A stretch of DNA of 64,000 bases from positions 1 through 64,000 of the forward strand of contig JAYWIR010000124.1 in assembly GCA_036172245.1 (NCBI GenBank). Reading direction: 5' to 3'. Positions 60,633-64,000 of the stretch are shown here, in pieces. The stretch is from Raillietiella orientalis (Eukaryota). The translations under genes and the position numbers were made by a program. The notes below the pieces were generated by a model. The model was not told where the DNA came from. It searched no databases and was given only the letters and a program-made list of their open reading frames with translations. How positions within the stretch are numbered: position 1 is the stretch's first letter; each line of letters begins with the position of its first letter.

Positions 60633-62005
60633 GACATGTTTCCGCGTCTATCCGCGTTAACGATCGGGGAACTTTGTGCCTGCGTTTTCGCACGCACTTG
60701 TGTGTTCCTGTGCAATCTGCCAAGTAGCATAGTGCAACATCACCAGTACGCAGGATAGTGTGGAGGAGCAAGCCACTAGATGCACTTCAGCTGCACTTGA
60801 AGTGGCCGCATCCTCCGTAATGGTTTCCTCGCCCCCGGCTAGGAGTTACGCCGCCGTTATTTCCCAAAGACCAGGACTCTGCGATGCGGAGTTCCAGGCA
60901 TATGTGTCATTAGGATACATGCCTGCACTCCGTAATAACGTCAGTGGGCCCCTTAACGGGAGAATCGGTCGTGAGCTTAATGATGAGCTCGTCCGGATCG
61001 GTGTTCGCGAGAAGGAACTCCTTGCCATAATGCCTGCTGGCAGGATGGAATATACGGAAATTCGGTGCAAGAACGCAGCACTTGTGCAGCGCCTTCTCCG
61101 TACGCCGTTGAACATCAATGGCAAGGAAGTCCGACCTACCGCGATGGACGACTCTTTCGTCGTTCAATTGTGCGACATCGAACCTGAAATCTCCGACCGC
61201 GATGTTGTAAGCGTGCTGGCGAAGTTCACCACCGTGCACGCTTTGTGGAGGAGGCCAAACAATTTGGAGGATTTCTCCTCTCTCCACATTGTACAAGCCC
61301 CCGCGAGGATTACCGTCGCGAACAGGCGTGTTGTGCCTGAGCAGCTGCAGGTGAACGGCACGGTCGTTCACTTGTGGTTCATAGGCCAGACTCGCGCGTG
61401 CGAGCAGTGCGGCAAGGATTGGCACCGAATTAAAGAGTGCCCTTCTCCAAGATGCCGCTATTGCAAACATTCCGGGAACGAAATAAAAAAGTGCCCGGTA
61501 CTTGCAAGAAAAAGAACCGCAGCGAAAATTCGTCGGGTTCAAAAGACCACTGCACGAAAAGCCGCATCGGCAAATAAAAAACGTCGTCCGCAAAAACTCG
61601 GAGAAAACAACGAGAGATCCGCGGATGAGAAGAAAACATCCCCATCCACAACGTCCCGAAAGGGGAAAGTCACAGCGGGGAAGCCAATTAAAAACGGGCG
61701 CCAGGGTTTGACGGGTGCCGTGCATTCCCTAGCTGCCGAACTCGCAGGCACTTCTTCGAGCCAGGAACCAGGAAATCTCCGTAACGCCCTGGAAGGAAAG
61801 GTAGGAATACAGGAAGATCGCAGCAGTGCGAAGACTTCTTGCACCGTTCCGTTGTCCCTTGCGAGTTCCGGACAGCCCCATTGCAGCGCAGGCCCCTCTG
61901 CAAAGGCTAGGAAAGACGTAAAAAGCGGCGTCGCGACGAGGGAAAGCACGCTGCATGCAGTCGCTTCATCGCCGACTCGGCAGGTTTCCCCAAGTCGCAC
62001 AAGGG
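60633..62005 (+). mobile_element. LINE 5' part, subfamily C
   Basis: 5' GACATGTTT at 60633, followed by an open ORF1. Confidence 0.85.
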
Positions 62006-62115
62006 ATGGGGTAAATTTATGTTTCTATAAAAAAACACTTTTTACATTCAAATTCTCATTCACTCAATATAAACACTTTTCACTTGGGAGTCCTTGGGTT
62101 GCACAGGAGTTCTGA
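60760..62115 (+). CDS. ORF1 gag-like protein, uninterrupted for ~415 aa; last ~35 aa read into the neighbouring element
   Basis: 451-aa ORF with CEQCGKDWHRIKEC and CRYCKHSGNEIKKC, homologous to 20732-21658. It has a GTG start and expression is unknown. Confidence 0.6.
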   Translation: MEEQATRCTSAALEVAASSVMVSSPPARSYAAVISQRPGLCDAEFQAYVSLGYMPALRNNVSGPLNGRIGRELNDELVRIGVREKELLAIMPAGRMEYTEIRCKNAALVQRLLRTPLNINGKEVRPTAMDDSFVVQLCDIEPEISDRDVVSVLAKFTTVHALWRRPNNLEDFSSLHIVQAPARITVANRRVVPEQLQVNGTVVHLWFIGQTRACEQCGKDWHRIKECPSPRCRYCKHSGNEIKKCPVLARKRTAAKIRRVQKTTARKAASANKKRRPQKLGENNERSADEKKTSPSTTSRKGKVTAGKPIKNGRQGLTGAVHSLAAELAGTSSSQEPGNLRNALEGKVGIQEDRSSAKTSCTVPLSLASSGQPHCSAGPSAKARKDVKSGVATRESTLHAVASSPTRQVSPSRTRDGVNLCFYKKTLFTFKFSFTQYKHFSLGSPWVAQEF

Positions 62116-64000
62116 TTTTCAAGGGGGGAATCCAGCTGGATGGTCCCGGGCGTCGTCATTGATCCTCCTCAGGGATCCTCCCGCAGTTCCTGATACCGAT
62201 TTCACTCTTTAGGAGCCCTTGTAGGATATCCATCGGTGGTGCGGCTATCCTGGCTTTCCTCATTTTCCACCACCGCACAAGTATGCCGGTGATAAAGAGA
62301 GGGCTATGTTCGTCCTCAGCATAAGATTCTAACAGGGATCATTACAATCCTTATGAAACATCCAGGCGAGGATCTCCATAACGGACTTGTTGGTAAGTCC
62401 TATGATCCTTTTCAGGATCAGCCAGTCATGCAGCAATGTGGGACACGTCAAAACGTGAAGTCTCGTGAGGGTGTCTCCACATGCTGCGCAGTCTCGGTCT
62501 TCCCCTCTTCCGGTGAAGTGCTTCCACCGGGACCCACTCTAGATTCCTCCATTATGAAACATCAGGAGGTCGTCCTGGGTCCCCGGCGGAAGGGTACTCC
62601 TCCAGACCGTCGTGCCGATCGCTAGCAGGTTGATGCGATCGCTCCCGTAGCGGTCGGCGGTTTCTTGGAGGGCACTAATGTCTCTTTCGTACTCCTTGAT
62701 CAATCTGCGGAGGTTCATTTTGGTAACCCTCGACCCCGCGAAGTCGTTGTGGTTGATCCACACCTCGCGTGTGTAATGGGTGAACCTCCCTTACATCATC
62801 TCCATGTACCGAAGTACACGAAAGTGATGTAGGTACCCTCTTCGTTTCCACTCCTGGATTCGTTGAAGGGTAACTCTGGACCGCTGGTGGATCCAGCTTC
62901 TCGTGTCCTGCGGGACAGGAAGCATCCAAGCGATCACCAAGATGCACTCGTCCTGCCAGAGTTCCCCACTTCTCAGCACGATCTTGATTTTGTGCTTTCG
63001 CACCAGCCGTTGCTTCCTCGTCCAGGTTGGCTCGATTTTTTTCCATTCGCCTGCTTGGCCTAGCAGCGCAGTAATCAGGCCTTTCGAGTTGTTCAACAAC
63101 AACGCGTAGGCCCTGTGCGCCGCATACGGCAGGTCAACCCAGTAAGTGGCAATGTCCCGGATGTGTCGCGTATCCATGATTTCTGTGGAGTGTGCAAGCG
63201 ACTTCATCCCGGAACCGCCTTCTTCCCAGGGACGACACAGGGGTTTTAGTCGGACTCTTGGTCTATAGTGGCCCCACAGTGTTTTTCTCTGCAGCTTGTC
63301 GAACTCCCTCGTGGTGTCCTTGTTCATCCTCGCGAAGGCCGCTCCGAAAAGCACTTTTGGAAGGAGAACTCCGTTCCATATGTTGGCCTTTCGTTTCATT
63401 CCAAGGTCCGTTCGGGTGTACTTGGCTGCTTTCCTGGCCGCTTTCCCTAGGATCTTGGTCCAAAATAGCTTCGACGCGGAGACGTAGCCAATCTAGGCAC
63501 CCAGGTACTTGGCCTTGTCCACCGTTGGAAATCCTCTCGCCGCTAGAGTGAAGAGATCGAGGATCCCAACTGGCAAAAGCAGGCTTTTCTTGGCGTTGAT
63601 CTCTAAACCCAGGCCTTGATCCATCAGGTCTACCACATCCGGAAACGCTCGTTGATTTCTCGCTCCCTTGATACAGAAGAGTAGATCATCAGCGTATGCC
63701 AGATGGGTAAGACGCTGGCCATCGATTGTTATGCCTTTCAGCCGTCCGTTCTTCTCGATAAAGGACGACAACGCCTCCATGTAAATTACGAACGGCATCG
63801 GACTTTGCGAATCGCCCTGCTGGACTCCCCGTTCTATCCGGATTGCTGCCGTCTCCTGGCCGTTGATTTTGATTCGGCAGTACTGGTTCTATAGTACCAC
63901 CCTCACGAAGTTGCTGAAGTGTTCCAGAAGGCCTAGCATCTCCAGAACCTTCAGCAGCATCTCATGGTCGGTGGAGTCGAAAGCCTTCTCCATGTCAGTG
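62006..64000 (-). mobile_element. Divergent L1-clade ORF2 3' half, degenerate, runs off the window
   Basis: DMEKAFD, GVQQGDSQSP, HLAYADD, GLEINAKKS, KYLG and EEGGSG motifs. AT-rich 3' end unlike the other copies. Confidence 0.85.

Overview
Eukaryotic DNA, about two thirds of it a dense jumble of about 23 pieces of Tx1/L1-clade non-LTR retrotransposons. ORF1 is gag-like with two CCHC knuckles. ORF2 carries an APE endonuclease, an RT with YADD and a C-terminal Cys/His finger. There are at least three ORF1 subfamilies (here called A, C and D) and two more divergent ORF2 lineages. No copy is fully intact: 8-5310 and 11068-16506 are near full length but carry stops or frameshifts. The pieces abut each other directly, mostly in opposite orientation (16 of 20 visible retro-retro junctions), and several junctions fall at the same positions in sibling elements. 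Most clearly, two A-type 5' ends join the RT K-A-F-D codons at exactly the same spacing. This suggests LINEs that target one another. Shared features visible in the sequence are a 5' GACGTGTT motif, a TAATG (or AUG-less TAACA) ORF1/ORF2 junction, an endonuclease about 19 aa short between the GDFN and ID motifs, a covarying 3'UTR hairpin, and an AATAAA-hairpin-GGTGAAAA end with no long poly(A). The rest is an unidentified ~5 kb unit in three copies, two of which form a large inverted repeat (27.4-35.8 kb), plus AT-rich host-like DNA. Everything was read by eye with no database searches, so boundaries are approximate and host and family names are unconfirmed.
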